From Octopus sinensis (taxonomy: Eukaryota), in the NCBI RefSeq assembly GCF_006345805.1, contig NC_043008.1:28830001-28894000 (forward strand): a stretch of DNA of 64,000 nt, given 5' to 3'. This document shows positions 13,917 through 28,141 of this stretch, in pieces; the stretch's first letter is position 1; every line of letters begins with the position of its first letter. The notes under the pieces are model-generated. The model searched no databases. It had not been told where the DNA came from and worked only from the letters and a program-made list of their open reading frames with translations. Made by a program: the position numbers and the translations under genes.

Positions 13917-15371
13917 TAATCGCTATCAACGCATCAATATCTCTGTTGCATAGTACTTGACTTTACGACCATTTTTTTATCTCAGAACGACCCTCTTCCA
14001 GCAGATTATCGACGCAGTCTGCATTCGATATATGTTACAAGCAGGGTCTGTTCCCCTGATTGCAATAAATAACAGGTGCAGACTGCATCGATAACCAGCG
14101 GGAAGAGCCTCCATGCGCGGTTCCTATGACGTAGCCATATTGATGTGGCGTTAAACATTGCTTCTCAGTATAATTACTACTTTCATCTGTTACAGAGATT
14201 TTCAAACTAGCTACTTAGCTTGTTATATATATATATATATATGTGTGTGTGATTGTTTGTGTGTGTGTGTGCTTGTATACATACATATATATATAAATGT
14301 TCGCAGCTCAAGTTTCTGAGAGTGTTAGTACCTCAAATTTTATGTACGTGGATTTTTATATATTTTTCCTTTTTTCTGTTTTCTTTATCTCTAGTTCTTT
14401 ATCTATCCAGTACTTTACTCCACTGTTTCCGTAATCTATACATTTTAATGATGGGATATTCCACAAGTTTTGGGAATATGCCAGAAACAGCTGTAAGCCA
14501 TTAAACTGATTAACACTTTTTAATAATAATCACATATATAACTTGAAATGTCTGTCCTTGGTGTCTGTTATCAAAGTCATATATATATATATATATATGT
14601 TTGTGTGTATGTGTGAGTGTGTCGTGATTGTGTGTGTGTTGAAATTCAAGCAGTAACACCACAAATGAAGAATCGGAAAATCTGCACACGGGACGGCACG
14701 ATGCTAATTCCACGTTAGTTATCGTCCAAAAGATTCTTATACTTTTACATTTTTAAAGATACTATTTTTCACCTTTAGTGACGTCAACAGCAAGAAGTTG
14801 CTGAGAATAGCAAAAACGGTTAGGGGCAGAGAAGTAAAGAAATGCGACACAAAAGTGAATATACACAGAAAATAAAATTATATACAAAATACAAACCAAA
14901 GAAATCCCTGCACGGGTAAGACGAAACGAATATGTGAAACGAAAAGAAACGAAAAATGTCCTGTAATGTATGGAAGCATAAAAGTGAACAAATATATAAC
15001 CAGAACGGAAGGTGAAAAAACAGCGAACGCGCAAAAGAGAAAACTAACATGAAACTAGAGAAAGCGAGAGAGACGTGACTGATCGCGTTAGCAGTGAAGC
15101 AAAACAGGAAAAGCGTTCGAGGTCAGAGAAACAGAAAGCAGCGGAGTGGAAAGTTGGCAAAAGGGAGGAGAAAAGGTAGTAAAATTCGTCGTACGGATAC
15201 TATACAACTGAATAGTTAAAAATATAAAGGGCGCGGTACGTTACATCAATGTGTTTCAAAATTTAAACTGTAACACAACAAATAAACAAAGGGAAAATTG
15301 GCACACGAGTCAGCACATTTCTAATTCCTCGTTAGTTTTCGTCCTTATGATATAGTTATCACTTTTATTAC

Positions 15372-15657
15372 GTGATCTCGTGATCGACCAGACTATTCGA
15401 TGTTGTTATACATCGCTGGTCACTATGCGTTCCACATTGTGTTAGCTTTCGAACCATGTTACTCCAACCGTTAGCCGATCAGGCCAACTTTCAATCAGAA
15501 GGATAATCCGTCGCAGTGTTACCCATTTACAGCTAAGTGCATTGGAGCAACGTGAATTGAAGTGTTTTTCTCAAGAATACAAAACATCGGTTTGTCCCTG
15601 AAATGATGCTACGATCTGGCAGTCGTAAGTGCAGCATCCTAACCACTAGGCAAATGA
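15372..15657 (-). mobile_element. tRNA-derived SINE (CORE-like body), degenerate
   Basis: Minus-strand head CCTAGTGGTTAGGATGCTGCAC..., body CTTGAGAAAAACACTTCAATTCACGTTGCTCCAATGCACTTAGCTGTAAATGGG; 3' part resembles 23889-24000. Confidence 0.6.
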
Positions 15658-16234
15658 ATATATAAATTATATATAAAATATATCGTTTAATATTTGCGTA
15701 GATGTGGATATGAGGTTCACAACATGGCGACGTCAACATGAGGAATGATGTCCACACTACATTTGACTGATGTGAAAAGCATTTAAATAGAACATTCATC
15801 TACAGTTTATTGAAAAAAAAATATTTTGATGTTTTCTTTTCGTTACAAAAAACGCATAAAATTGATGATAGTTTCTCGGTCATACGCAGTTGATGTTGGT
15901 ATCAAAATTTTTCCTACAAAATAAAATATTTTATGAAACTAAAATTATTATCTCTGTTACACTCGTATTTGGGATAGTTGTATAGGCGGAAAAATATCTC
16001 ACAAATTCAGCCTCTGCTTTGTCTGAACTATTGAGCTTCTGCTTGCATCAGTGAATACCAGATATTGTCCAGGAATTTGTACGATAATGCGTCCTGTAAT
16101 TTGTAATTTACAGGGCAATTTGTCCTGTAAATTGTTTTATAATTAATTGTTGCTTTCCCAGTAACACAAAATCACCATCATTTTTTCGTCTTTTACATTT
16201 TATCAGTTTTTGCACTGATATATTACACCTTGAA

Positions 16235-16420
16235 GTGAGACTTTTCTGGATTAAATTTAGTTCACTTCTCCACCTAGTATTTCTTCGGGGTAGTGTCGAT
16301 CAATTCAGTGTTTTGTGTCCGACGTTATTGCGCTGATGTCGTCCGCACATGCAAACTTGGTTATTCCGTATACTGGTCTCCGCAGGAGTCGAATCAGAAT
16401 AGTTTCTGCTGTAGTGAATT
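16235..16420 (-). pseudogene. Old non-LTR retrotransposon RT relic (L1/Tx1-like)
   Basis: Minus-strand translation ETILIRLLRRPVYGITKFACADDISAITSD (YADD-like) followed by TKFNPEKS (KINxxKS-like). Short and degenerate. Confidence 0.4.
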
Positions 16421-16515
16421 TTGGTCAAAATGTGTAGAAGAGTAAGTAGGAATAGATTTCACACACCTAATGTATGATAATTAACAATTTCCACAGATGA
16501 TACAACGTCACTGTA

Positions 16516-17806
16516 CGAGGGGCGTTCAATAAGTAATGCCCCTGACCCACTTCCCATAGCAGTAGAGCAACGAAACTTGGCACAGTTATTAGTCTTTTTC
16601 TAAATAAGAACGACCCTGAGTTACGCATTTCTCCCATCGTTTAATGCAGCTCTGGAGACCGTTTTTGTAGAAGACCCCAGCTTGGTCCTCCAACCACGAC
16701 GTGACTTCAGAAATCAAGGCTGCATCATCTGGGAAACGCTTTCCTTTCAAAAACAACTTCATGGCTTGGAAGAGGTGAAAATCAGAGGTTGCTAGGTCAG
16801 GAGAGTAGGGGAGATAGGGGAGGAGTTCATAGCCGCACGCCTGTGCTTCTGATCTGGCAACAAGCGAGTTGTGGACCGGAGCGTGTTCCTGCATAGAAGG
16901 ATGCCTTTGCTGATCTTGCCCCACCTCTTGATTTTGATAGCTTCTCTTAATTTCCTCAAAAGTGAAGCATAATAAGCTCCTGTAATTGTGGTACACTTTG
17001 CCAGGAAATCTGTCATCACTACTCCGTCCTGGTCCCAGAAGACAGTGAGCATGACCTTGCCAGCGGAGGGCTGCACCCTTGCCTTCTTTAGAGGAGGTAA
17101 GTTACGGTGCTTCCACTGCATTGACTGGGCTTTGGTCTCTGGGTCATAGTGATGGACGCAGGTTTCATCCTGTTTGATCAGTCTTTTGAAAGATTTTGAC
17201 CCATCTTCTTGACACGTCTCCAAATTCATCCTCGAGCACTCGACGCGTTCTTGCTTCTGGAAATGTGTGAGCAGCCTGGGAATCCATCTGGCAGACACAT
17301 TTTGCATATGCAAATGGTCATGAATGATAGTTTCCACAGACCCGGTTCTAATGTTGACCTCATGGGCTATTTGGCGAATAGTTATGCGTCGATCTTCCAA
17401 AATGGCAGCCTCAACTTGACGGACAGATGCCTCATCAATGGCAGAAGGGGGCGACCAGATCTGGGAGCCGTTTCCACAGAGTTCCGACCATGTTTGAATT
17501 CACGATGCCAGCGTTTTATAAGGTCATATGTTGGGGCATCATCACCATAAGTTACTTTCATTTCATCAAAAGTCTCCCGTGGTGTGCGTCCTTTCAAATA
17601 CAAAAACCGGATCACTGCTCGGCACTCAACAGGCTCCATTTCACACTTGACTCAGTTCAAACACCTGTAAATCAGACACCACAATTAGTTCAGAGCTGTA
17701 ATTTGCCACTTAATCTAAAGAGAAATACATAATTGCACCTGCAAAATTTCAGCTAGATCAAACAACTGCTAGTGGGTCAGGGACATTACTTATTGAACCT
17801 CCCTCG
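16516..17806 (-). mobile_element. Full-length (1291 bp) mariner transposon, irritans-like, inactive
   Basis: TIRs CGAGGGGCGTTCAATAAGTAATGCCCCTGACCCACT (left) and CGAGGGAGGTTCAATAAGTAATGTCCCTGACCCACT (right, reverse complement); TA on both sides (16514-15, 17807-08); transposase inside. Confidence 0.95.
16589..17639 (-). pseudogene. Mariner DD34D transposase, frameshifted into three ORFs
   Basis: MEPVECRAVIRFLYLKG...RSGRP; WIPRLL; QDETCVHHYDPETKAQSMQW; KVMLTVFWD; second catalytic region reads QEHAPVH (from QDNAPxH); YSPDLATSDFHLF. Confidence 0.92.
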
Positions 17807-18573
17807 TATTTTGCAGCAATCTAACGTTGAAGACATGACCGTAAATATCCGCTTTCAGCTTAGGCGACAATTATTCACCCCATTGAAAGATTTCGTCGGC
17901 CCCGAATTCATCGGGGCCCCACATGTGGCATGTATGGCATGTTCCTTACGCTCATTTTCTAAGATCCACCTCGTGAGGTGGAGATTGCGGGGGTTAGAGC
18001 TAATATGGCATAGAATTCATCTTCACACTTTTCCACACTGTAGACATAGTTTTCTAATGATGCTACTCTAGCTGATGCTGAATTATTTTTATAATTATTA
18101 TTAATAGTGATCGTAATGATGACGTTGGTCGTAGTTGAAAAGTTGGTGATGGTGGTTCTTGAGGTATTAGAAGTAGCAATAGAAGCAGCAGTAGCATCAG
18201 CAATAGAATAGTATATTTGTATATTTGTAGTAGGTAGAATCTTCTTGACATGAAAGATATTATCATTTGAAAACAAAAATGTGCATTGTTTTATTAAGAT
18301 CAATAAATATTTCATTTATCACCAGGAATAAATATCAAAAATTCAGTCGCTATAATATTGTTATATTTTCATGTACAACAATTTAATATGCAGTAATATA
18401 TTTAATATATTACACACATTTTCTTCTCTTTTTGCATTCTATTTATGGTAGCAGTTAGACAACAATACTTTTCAGTTTTATTGCAAATAACATCTCTACT
18501 ACTTCTATTTGTACATAGAATTTCATCTGTAATATGTATTGTATTAATAAATAAAGAATATATCATATATATA

Positions 18574-18617
<44 letters not shown>

Positions 18618-18631
18618 TACATATATATAAT

Positions 18632-18663
<32 letters not shown>

Positions 18664-19994
18664 ATTATATATATATATATTATATATACCTATATATATA
18701 TATATATATATGCATATGTATGCATATGACAATATATATTTCTATATCTGCATATATACATATTTAAATATATGTGTATATATATATAATTATATCTATC
18801 CATATGTATATATATATATATATATAAGTATGTATACATATATATATATAATTATATCTATCCATATGTATGTATATATATATATATATATATAAGTATG
18901 TATACATATATATATATATATGTATATATCCCTATGTATATATACATATATGATATATATATATATATATATATCTATATATATAATATATTTCTATACA
19001 CATACATACATACATACATATTTACTTACATACATACATAACGCGCGTACATGCATGTACAATTTTACATAAAATTCTCTAGTTCAATGGATATACACAA
19101 GGAAATAAACTATAATTCTATCTGAAACTGTTTTTTGCAGCGCATTTATGCAATTTTCATAAATTTATCCTTCCTCATTGTATAAGTATTTTTTTTTATC
19201 TCTGGCTCATATATCCTGGTGATATATTCCTGAGAAACCAGGTTTCTTACCAGAAAATTAATTTTATTGATTGTTACTTTACACCTAAACATAAAGTTAT
19301 CTTTGCTGTATTTAACTAAGACTTTCGAGAACAGCATTACATAATTCTGAACATGTCACTCTACTAAAAACCATACCGCTTGCTCATAGCAGATATGTGT
19401 ACAGTCTACGGGTTCCAAACATTCTAGGTGTTTTCTACTAGAACTTTTATTCCTACTATGTATGATGCCTGCATCATTGTCCCCGATGCGCTTCAGTTGC
19501 TACCCAGTCCTATAATATATTAATACAAAATTAGGTTGTAATGTGCGATGAATAATCACCGAAATGGAAGCGTCGTGAATGATGGCATCCTAATATATCT
19601 GAAAGAATTATCTGAGTGTTCGAATCTACATTAAAATTTTTTGTTACGTGCATCCATCTCCCACACACACATACACGGATACACATGCACACGCAAACAC
19701 ACACACACCTACATACTCGCACACGTACACACGCTCATACATAATTATATGTAGACACACACACATATAGATAGATAGATATAAATATTTAATAATTATA
19801 TTTGTAAAATTTACCTAAAAGGATTTTCATTTCTGCGCTGACTCCCTGGTAAAAACATTCATGATTTTTACCATTTATTATAATTAAATATATATATATG
19901 TATGGTTGTATGTATGTATGTATGTATGTATGTATACTATTACATGCATATACATATAAATAAATCAATATTTATATATATATATATATATATA

Positions 19995-20040
<46 letters not shown>

Positions 20041-20043
20041 TAT

Positions 20044-20091
<48 letters not shown>

Positions 20092-20144
20092 TGAGTGCAC
20101 AAACGAAAGAAAAAACACCCAACCAGTTTATTGGCAGTTACATA

Positions 20145-21278
20145 TATGGATCACAGGAGTTTGTTTCAAATTTACTGTTACTCTTGAGTACCAGCCATTT
20201 TGAATTTCAATGACAGAAGTCGATTGTTATCACCGTAAGGTGGGCTGCAATTGGTCGAGCAAAGTCACGCGATGCCATAGTTTGATGTTGGCATATGGGT
20301 AAGAGTTAGTTGTAAAATACCGATATGGCTAACAGGAAATTGACAACGTGGACGAGAGGAAATAGAGCACGTGGCGATTAGATATCGGTCGGATTGCTTG
20401 GGTAGGAAGTAAATAGTGCCGGTATGTGCAAGTCTATAATTCCATGTGTTTGTGTGCAGAGGAGCTCATATAATTTTGCGTGTATGTGTATATCGATGCG
20501 TGTGTGCGCATCTGTACATGGACACGAATTCGCACGTCTGCACACACACAAGGCACCCGTGCTTGGACGAACACGCACTTGCGCACAAGCACACACGTAC
20601 CCTCTTATGCACACATGCACAAACATACATGGATCAACACATGCGTATGCATTCATATCTGCATATGCATATTTGCATGCATGCACGCATGCTTATCAGT
20701 GTCGTCGTGCACGCGTGCTCTCGCACAAGCATGTTCGTGAGTATACACGCGCAAAATATTGCTGGGGATTGGTATGCGTTGGGGTGTGTAAGTGTAAACG
20801 TTAAGGATTTATAAATGTTGGTCCTCCTCACGGGATTGATTGGTAACGTTCACATTGGTGCAAGTGGTGCAGGTGGTGCAGAGTAGCAGCTGGTGTTAAG
20901 GTGGTATATCCGGGTTGTCGGCAGTCAGAGCATATGTCTGTTAGTAGCAATACGATAAATGGTATTTCTTGTTGATGGATACTGCGGTTGGTGCAGGATA
21001 TGCACTGTATCGTGGAGGTAGTGCTGGCAGTTGGGGGCATCGGGTGAATATGGTTTCACTCTGTCGACAATAGTCTACTTGATGCTGTGTATTTTATCTC
21101 GGAGATCACGGAGTCTCCAGAGAAAAGGAGACAGAGAAGTAGAGTTTCTCTGTCCCTATAATTGAACGTGTGCATATGCTGCAAGTAACTTCCCTTGAAG
21201 TCAAAATGGCTGACGACTAGCATCATGCTTGAAACACAAGTATACCAGCGAACTTAAATAAAACTGCTTTGATCCATA
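20145..21278. mobile_element. Penelope-like composite bounded by outward-facing inverted 3' ends (TATGGATCA...TGATCCATA); hammerhead-like motif in the right arm
   Basis: Left arm 20145-~20420 and right arm ~21190-21278 are reverse-complement homologous and homologous to both arms of 27478-27939. Right arm: AAAATGG-CTGACGA(21210)-CTAGCATCATGCTT-GAAAC-ACAAGTA-TA-CCA. Confidence 0.6.
20820..21120 (-). pseudogene. Possible decayed GIY-YIG endonuclease region of a Penelope-like element
   Basis: Minus-strand DLRDKIHS and TIQCISCTNRS resemble the NLRDxLVxS and IYCIxCxxC motifs of Penelope endonucleases; highly degenerate. Confidence 0.35.
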
Positions 21279-21307
21279 CGCCCACATATGTCTGTCTATT
21301 TATCGAT

Positions 21308-21388
<81 letters not shown>
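21308..21388. repeat. (ATCT)n tetranucleotide microsatellite
   Basis: Direct reading. Confidence 0.95.
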
Positions 21389-21389
<1 letters not shown>

Positions 21390-21409
21390 GTTATCGATAT
21401 ATATAAGTA

Positions 21410-21453
<44 letters not shown>

Positions 21454-21780
21454 TACTTATAAATATAAACAACCTTAAAGGTATTTTAACCTTAAAGGTG
21501 ATTTAATATGATGCCACATTTTTTTATTGAATTTTTTTTCTGTAAAAAACCTTCATCCTATATTAGTAGTATATATATAAACAAGAAAAAAGCAACAAGA
21601 ATGGATTGATCCAATCTTGTTGCTTTTTTCTTGTTTATAATCACCCCACATTATTTTATGCTTAATACCATATAGTTTTCTGGAGCATCTAAGTTAAGTA
21701 CCGCATTCAAGTGAATTCAATAGAACTCACTTGAATCTTAATTACTTTTACTATATATATATATATTATATATATATATA

Positions 21781-21814
<34 letters not shown>

Positions 21815-21829
21815 ATAAGATATATATAT

Positions 21830-21861
<32 letters not shown>

Positions 21862-21867
21862 ATATAT

Positions 21868-21917
<50 letters not shown>

Positions 21918-21966
21918 TATATATATATATATAAATATATTATATATATAAACTATTATATATGTA

Positions 21967-22031
<65 letters not shown>

Positions 22032-22083
22032 GCACGCGCACACACACATAGTATCACACGCATACACATACACGCATACATAT

Positions 22084-22400
22084 GACTCAGTGTGTTTAGA
22101 GCAACGGTTCACAATCACAAGCTAGTGACTTCTATTCCCGGACCGAGCTGTAAGTTGTGTTCTTTAGTAGGACACTATTTCCCGTTGCTCCAGTACACTC
22201 AGCTATAGAAATGTGTTTTGACGTCACTGGTTCCAAGCTGTACCGGCCTTTGCCTTTCCTTTGGATAACATCAGTGTCGTAGATAGAAGAGGCTGGTAAG
22301 CATGGGCGAATGCTAGTCTTCCATAATCAACATTGCTCGGACTTGTACGTTGGAAGGTAACTTTCTAAGTGCAATTATTTGGACATTCATTACCGAAGGG
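22084..22400 (+). mobile_element. SINE family C (tRNA head + CORE-like domain)
   Basis: CTCAGTGTGTTTAGAGC...CTATTCCCGGACCGAG...GTTGCTCCAGTACACTCAGCTATAGAAATG...GCCTTTGCCTTTCCTTTGGATAAC; reverse-complement homolog at 34280-34570. Confidence 0.75.
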
Positions 22401-23888
22401 GGGGGGGGTTCTAAGCCCTTGTATGTATGTACGTATTTATGCATATGTATATACATACTATACCTAAACACACATTTATAAGCACATCAATGCAATGGTG
22501 TTATATAACATGTATTTCAACTGGTAGTAGTTTCAAATAGCAGATGCTGTTAGAGTCAATTAGTCCTGGATAGAAATGTACTCCTAAAGATGGTTTGCAA
22601 GCTTTCTGAAAATCAGGAAAGTTTCTCGGCCATTTCATACGTTTTTGCCATAGTTTCAGTGCGTGTTGCTGACTCTTGCTCATCTTGAGTTTTGCAGGAG
22701 TATATAGTTGCCATGCTATGGATTAAACGTTCACTTTCAGATTTTAAACAAATGATATCTTTTTAATCCACTGTCACTCGTTAATGAATGAGAACATGTC
22801 TCTACATTCTCCTAAAATCTTCCAGTTGTCTTTCGAGCCTAGTAACCATGAACATGTGCTTTCACTTCACAGTAAAAGAATGGACATTTTGCTATGACAG
22901 AAAATAAATGATTACCTTTGTTGTACAGAAATATTCCAATATATAAATCCAGATGCATCGTTCTTGCACGTATATGTTCCGTGTTATAAAACAACCAGTC
23001 ACTGCTAAAACTTGAAAGTAATGAAGATCAATGAAAACTTATTCTTTAGCAGGAATATATTTGGTATTTTTCTTATCTCTCAATATTTGAATACTTTCGA
23101 TACATATGAGTATAACACTAACATTCACACAACCACACACACAAGTATATATTAATATACATATGCCTTTATGTATATAAGTGCATATCTGCAACCATGT
23201 ATTCAGGGATACCCTGCGTAGTAATATTTGTATAATTGTTATCAGCGGAAATGATAACATGCCACTGTAAGCTATCTGTTTCTTCTTTCTCAATTATTAA
23301 TTTCTAATATTATTGACCTGGTAAACTAATTTGATATTTTCTAGAAGCATCTAAACATCGGCGCCAAAATCATTTTTACTTTCCAGTGCGAAAATACATT
23401 TAGGCGATAGACACTTTGATAATGATAAAATGTAATATATTCTAATTTCGTTACGTCGTTATATTTTCATGAAGTTTATAGTGCATTCATTTTACATTAA
23501 TGGGAGAATGTGTTGATTACATTTCTTCTAGTGACTCCAACTTATCCTGTTATGCAGAGGAAACAACTAATTTTATTTCTGTGATTGTTTCATGTTATGT
23601 AAAAATTGGTTGTATAGAGGTATGCGCCAATTGTCTGTACATTATTTTATCGTGAGATAAGGTGTTTATTGATATATTTAAGGCTTGCCTCATTCTTAAA
23701 TATAAGGAAAATATGGATGGGAAGCACAAATTGATATTGGTAAGAATCTGTAAGTTTTAAGATAGAAAGTCATGCGTGTTGTTCTTCTGTCAATAAACAC
23801 ACACACCACACACACACACACACACACACCATATATATATATATATTATAATATATATATATATATACTATATATATATATATATATA

Positions 23889-24143
23889 TGTGATCACCGC
23901 AACCGACCAGGCTATCAGATGTTACACATCACTGGTCCCAATGTGCTTCACATTGTTTTAACCTTCAAATGACGCCACCCCGCTGGCTAAGCAAGCAGGC
24001 CAACAGAAGAAAGAGTGAGAGAAATTTGTGGCGAAAAAGACCAGCAGGGATCGCCCCCACCCTACCGGAGCCTCGTGGAGCTTTCGAAACAGCGATCCTA
24101 CGACCGCGAGTCCGCTGCCCTAACCACTGGGCCATTGCGCCTC

Positions 24144-24145
<2 letters not shown>
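23889..24145 (-). mobile_element. SINE family D, apparently internally deleted
   Basis: Minus-strand head GGAGGCGCAATGGCCCAGTGGTTAGGGCAGCGGACTCGCGGTCGTAGGATCGCTGTTTCGA with A-box and B-box-like motifs; flanked by microsatellites. Confidence 0.75.
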
Positions 24146-24196
<51 letters not shown>

Positions 24197-25208
24197 CGAG
24201 AGAGCGAGAGGGGGAGAGAGAGAAAGAGAGGGAGAGACATGTAGTGACAGGTTGATACATCTATTTTTGTGTGTAAATATTTCTGTTTGTGGGCTGTTTG
24301 GTCTGGTATTCGTTATGTGTGTGTGTTTGTGTATGTGTGAGTGTGTGTTTGTGTCTCTGTGTGTACGTGTGTGTATGTGTGTGCATGTATTACTTTTATC
24401 ATATATACAAGTGTTAAATTGGCCTGCACCGTTCACGTTTGCTGGCGGGTGAAAATTGTATTTCTTCAGGCCATTTTTGTACATGATCATGTCAAAATCA
24501 TGAAAAGTTCTAATGCGGTTGTAGGAAGATTACCTGGTATGAGCTATTACAAGGTAGCAAATGAAAGAATTTTATTTTTAATACAAGTGCACAACTCCTT
24601 CACATTATAGAGGTGCACTACTTGTAACGCTCAGTATATTTTAGGAAAATGGTTTCATCTCGGAATACAGGTAACTTAAAGGTGACGCGGAACCTTCAAA
24701 CAAAAACCAAAGTAATGGTGTAATATGTAATGGTGCAATACCATTGACAAATGACAGCATATCGTCTCTGTTAAAGTATCTCTATCATGAAAGCATAATA
24801 TATACTCTCAGTTTGGAGACGTACTCATTACACTTAATTTTGATGTGTCGTTCAACTCATACAAGACCAATTCCTGTTAGGGAATTTGACATATGCATGA
24901 CAACTGTATCACTACGTGGTGTCCTCGAGTGCAAAACAATCACAGAGATGAGAGATTAGAACGGGAATTCTTTTAAGTTGTATGCATAAATACAGAGTCA
25001 GAGATAGGATGGGAAACGGAAAAAATATTTGTGGAAGCGAGAAGCAGGTGAAAAATAAGAAAAACAGGAGTATATGTATACTTGGATTTGTATGTGACAA
25101 TATGATACACCCATACACATATAGATCCATACATACATGCATACACACATATCCACACCCGATGGAGCTAAAATGAAAGAATATAAAAACATTCATTTCA
25201 TAATATTG

Positions 25209-25274
<66 letters not shown>

Positions 25275-25807
25275 TTTTTTTATATACTAGAGTGGTTATC
25301 TACTGTTAGCATATATTTTGCTGATATTCAGGATTTCACGAGATAGAATAAGTTTCACCACTGTCACGCTTAATTTCCGACGACTGTGTGTATCAACCTG
25401 TATCGTATTTATTTTTCAATAATATTTAGTCCCCTGGACTGGCAAGCAAGGATCAGCTCACAGACTATGAAACGACGCAATAGTTCAAGTTTGCCTACTG
25501 ATCCTTGCTTGCCAGTCCAGGGGACTAAATATTATTGAAAAATAAATATGATACAGGTTGTTGCTAACGAGAAAACTTATTAGGAAGATTTATGTTGATG
25601 TCATCACATGCGAAGTGGTTTGACCAAATTTCAAGAATTCCTATTTGTTTGCAGACAAAAGTTTTCGCCAGATATATGTATACACCATTCAAAGAATTTG
25701 ACATATAATTGTTTGCTTGATATTGTTTAGAATTTTTATGAAAAATAATATAGGTGTTATTTCAGGCACTGTGATGCTACGAACACATATAAGCACACAT
25801 GTTCGCG

Positions 25808-25915
<108 letters not shown>

Positions 25916-26555
25916 ACCACACACATATATATATATATCCCCAAAGTAGATGTGATTGAATAAGCTTAGTATTGGCATGTGTGCTCATAACTGTATTTTT
26001 AATTTTCTGTAAGCTGTGAATGCCTGTGGTCGTTTTTCTCGATTGGGTAGCAACTGCGTAAGCCCAGGAAGAAATACATGAATATTACAATTCCTATGTA
26101 TAAAGAATGCGATCTGTTTGCTTTTAGTGCATGTGCATATGTACGTAGTCACATGTATTTGTACAACTGATGTTATGTTCTATCTCGTAATAATTGAGAT
26201 TACAGGCGATAATATTGAAATGTTATTGCGAGTATATACATAGATAATATTTTTATATTCGTAAGAAAATCACTTTACATGGATTAATGCACAATTAATT
26301 ATTGCAGCTAAAATTTACCCGAGCATTCAGTTCAAACATTAGTTTATGGCGTGTAAAAATGTAACTACTGATCTACATGTCCCCTATAATAGCAAATGCT
26401 ATGTCGAAAAGCAAAGTTCATATTAATATTTAAAATACAGTATGTAAACGTGTGTGTGTGTATTTGTGCGTGTCTGTGCACGGACTTGTCTCTGTGTATG
26501 TATATGCGTACAGATATGTACGTGTTAGAGGTATTTATGCTTATATATGAATGAT

Positions 26556-26592
<37 letters not shown>

Positions 26593-26804
26593 GTGTGCGT
26601 GTTTATGTGTGTGTTTTTAAAGGAATTCGTAAAAGTTAAAAAACTATCACTGCATCACATTTCACAAGCTTAATTCTAGATATCACATTGAAAAGCTTAT
26701 AATTATCAATATTACTACTTGGACAAGCTAAGGTATGCTTGAATATGCATGAGCATTGTTGTAGTATTTTACCCACAGGCTAAATATATATATATATATA
26801 TATA

Positions 26805-26843
<39 letters not shown>

Positions 26844-27477
26844 CCGTTTTCAGCAAATTGTAATAGGACTTCAGCAAAACAAAATAAAGCAAGAATGTGA
26901 CCGCTCGAAAGACTGGTGTAATAAGTATTCCAGAAATAGCCTTTCCAACACGATTGAGCCAGAATAGTATTCCAACACAAGGTGTTCGAAGAGTAGAAAC
27001 AAATAAGAATATGCGTCCTCTGCACTATTTTAGCAACACAGACTCAACCTACTTGAAATTTTCCAAAAATTGATGCAGAAGTTCTGATACATTATTAAGC
27101 TGTGTATTCCATTTTGTGCCTGAGATCTACTTTGGTGTTTATTTGGTATAATTATGCACTTAAGCCAAGACCACGTCAATTAAGACGGGGAATGCCACGA
27201 TAAAGGAGAACTGCATTAATGTCACTCGATTTTGAATCGTGCCTTCCCCAAGAGCGTGCAACAAGACTGCACTGAACAAAATAATGCAGGTATGAATGTT
27301 GGAAAGAAATCTATAGTTCCATCGTCTATTCTTCTTCTTTCTATGTAAATACAGAGAAATAGATATATAGATTCCTTATAAGTAATTGCCTAATTAAATC
27401 TGTTTGATTAATACACACACACATACATATACATACATCTTATATACATATATGTGTGTGTGCGTGCGTGTTTTTGT

Positions 27478-27939
27478 GTATGGATCAAACTAGTTTAGTT
27501 CAAATGTGGTGGTACTCCGAGTTTCAACCATTTTGAATTTGGATTAAAGACGTTGATTGTTATTACCGTAGGTTGCGATTGATCGCGGAAGGGCATGCGG
27601 TGTATTGGTTTGGTGTTGGTATATGGGTATATCAGCGGTAACAGCTAGTTGGAAAGTAACACATATTGAACAGGAAATCGAAAGCATGGTTGACAAGAAG
27701 TAGATGCGACCCAACAACCAGAAAGATTTCCTATCCACCATGCGGATGATTTCCTGTTCGTCATGCAGTATTCTCCAAATTGAACCTCGCCACCGCGTGA
27801 CCTGCGTCGACCGCTCGCAGCTCACCTTACGGTACTAACAATCAACTTCTTTCATTCAAATATGAAGTAGCTGAAGACTAGCATCTCGCTTGAAACTCGG
27901 AATTCAAAAGAATTTAAATGAAACTGTTTTGGTCCATAC
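27478..27939. mobile_element. Penelope-like head-to-head inverted unit (~220 bp degenerate arms), same family as 20145-21278
   Basis: Termini GTATGGATCAAA / TTTTGGTCCATAC. Arms align over TTGATTGTTA..ACCGTA and AACAGGAAATC. Right arm has CTGAAGA(27871)-CTAGCATCTCGCTT-GAAACTCGG; left arm minus strand has GAAACTCGGAG-TA-CCACC. Confidence 0.65.
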
Positions 27940-28082
27940 ATGTAACACCCAGTAAATCTGTTTCGTGCCCTTCTTTCGTTTTCCCACTAACTCGTATATG
28001 TATATGAGTGTGTGTGTGTATGTGTGTGTATATGTATGCATACATACACATACATATAGGTAATCATATATTTATATATATA

Positions 28083-28141
<59 letters not shown>

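Noticed and set aside
17898-17982. Two 8 bp GC-rich hairpins (17898-17918, 17965-17982)
   Set aside because: Short, with no CTRR Helitron end or ribozyme geometry; compatible with chance.
22501-22720. Minus-strand open frame AWQLYTPAKLKMSKSQQHALKLWQKRMKWPRNFPDFQKAC as an exon
   Set aside because: No recognisable domain and no convincing donor site.
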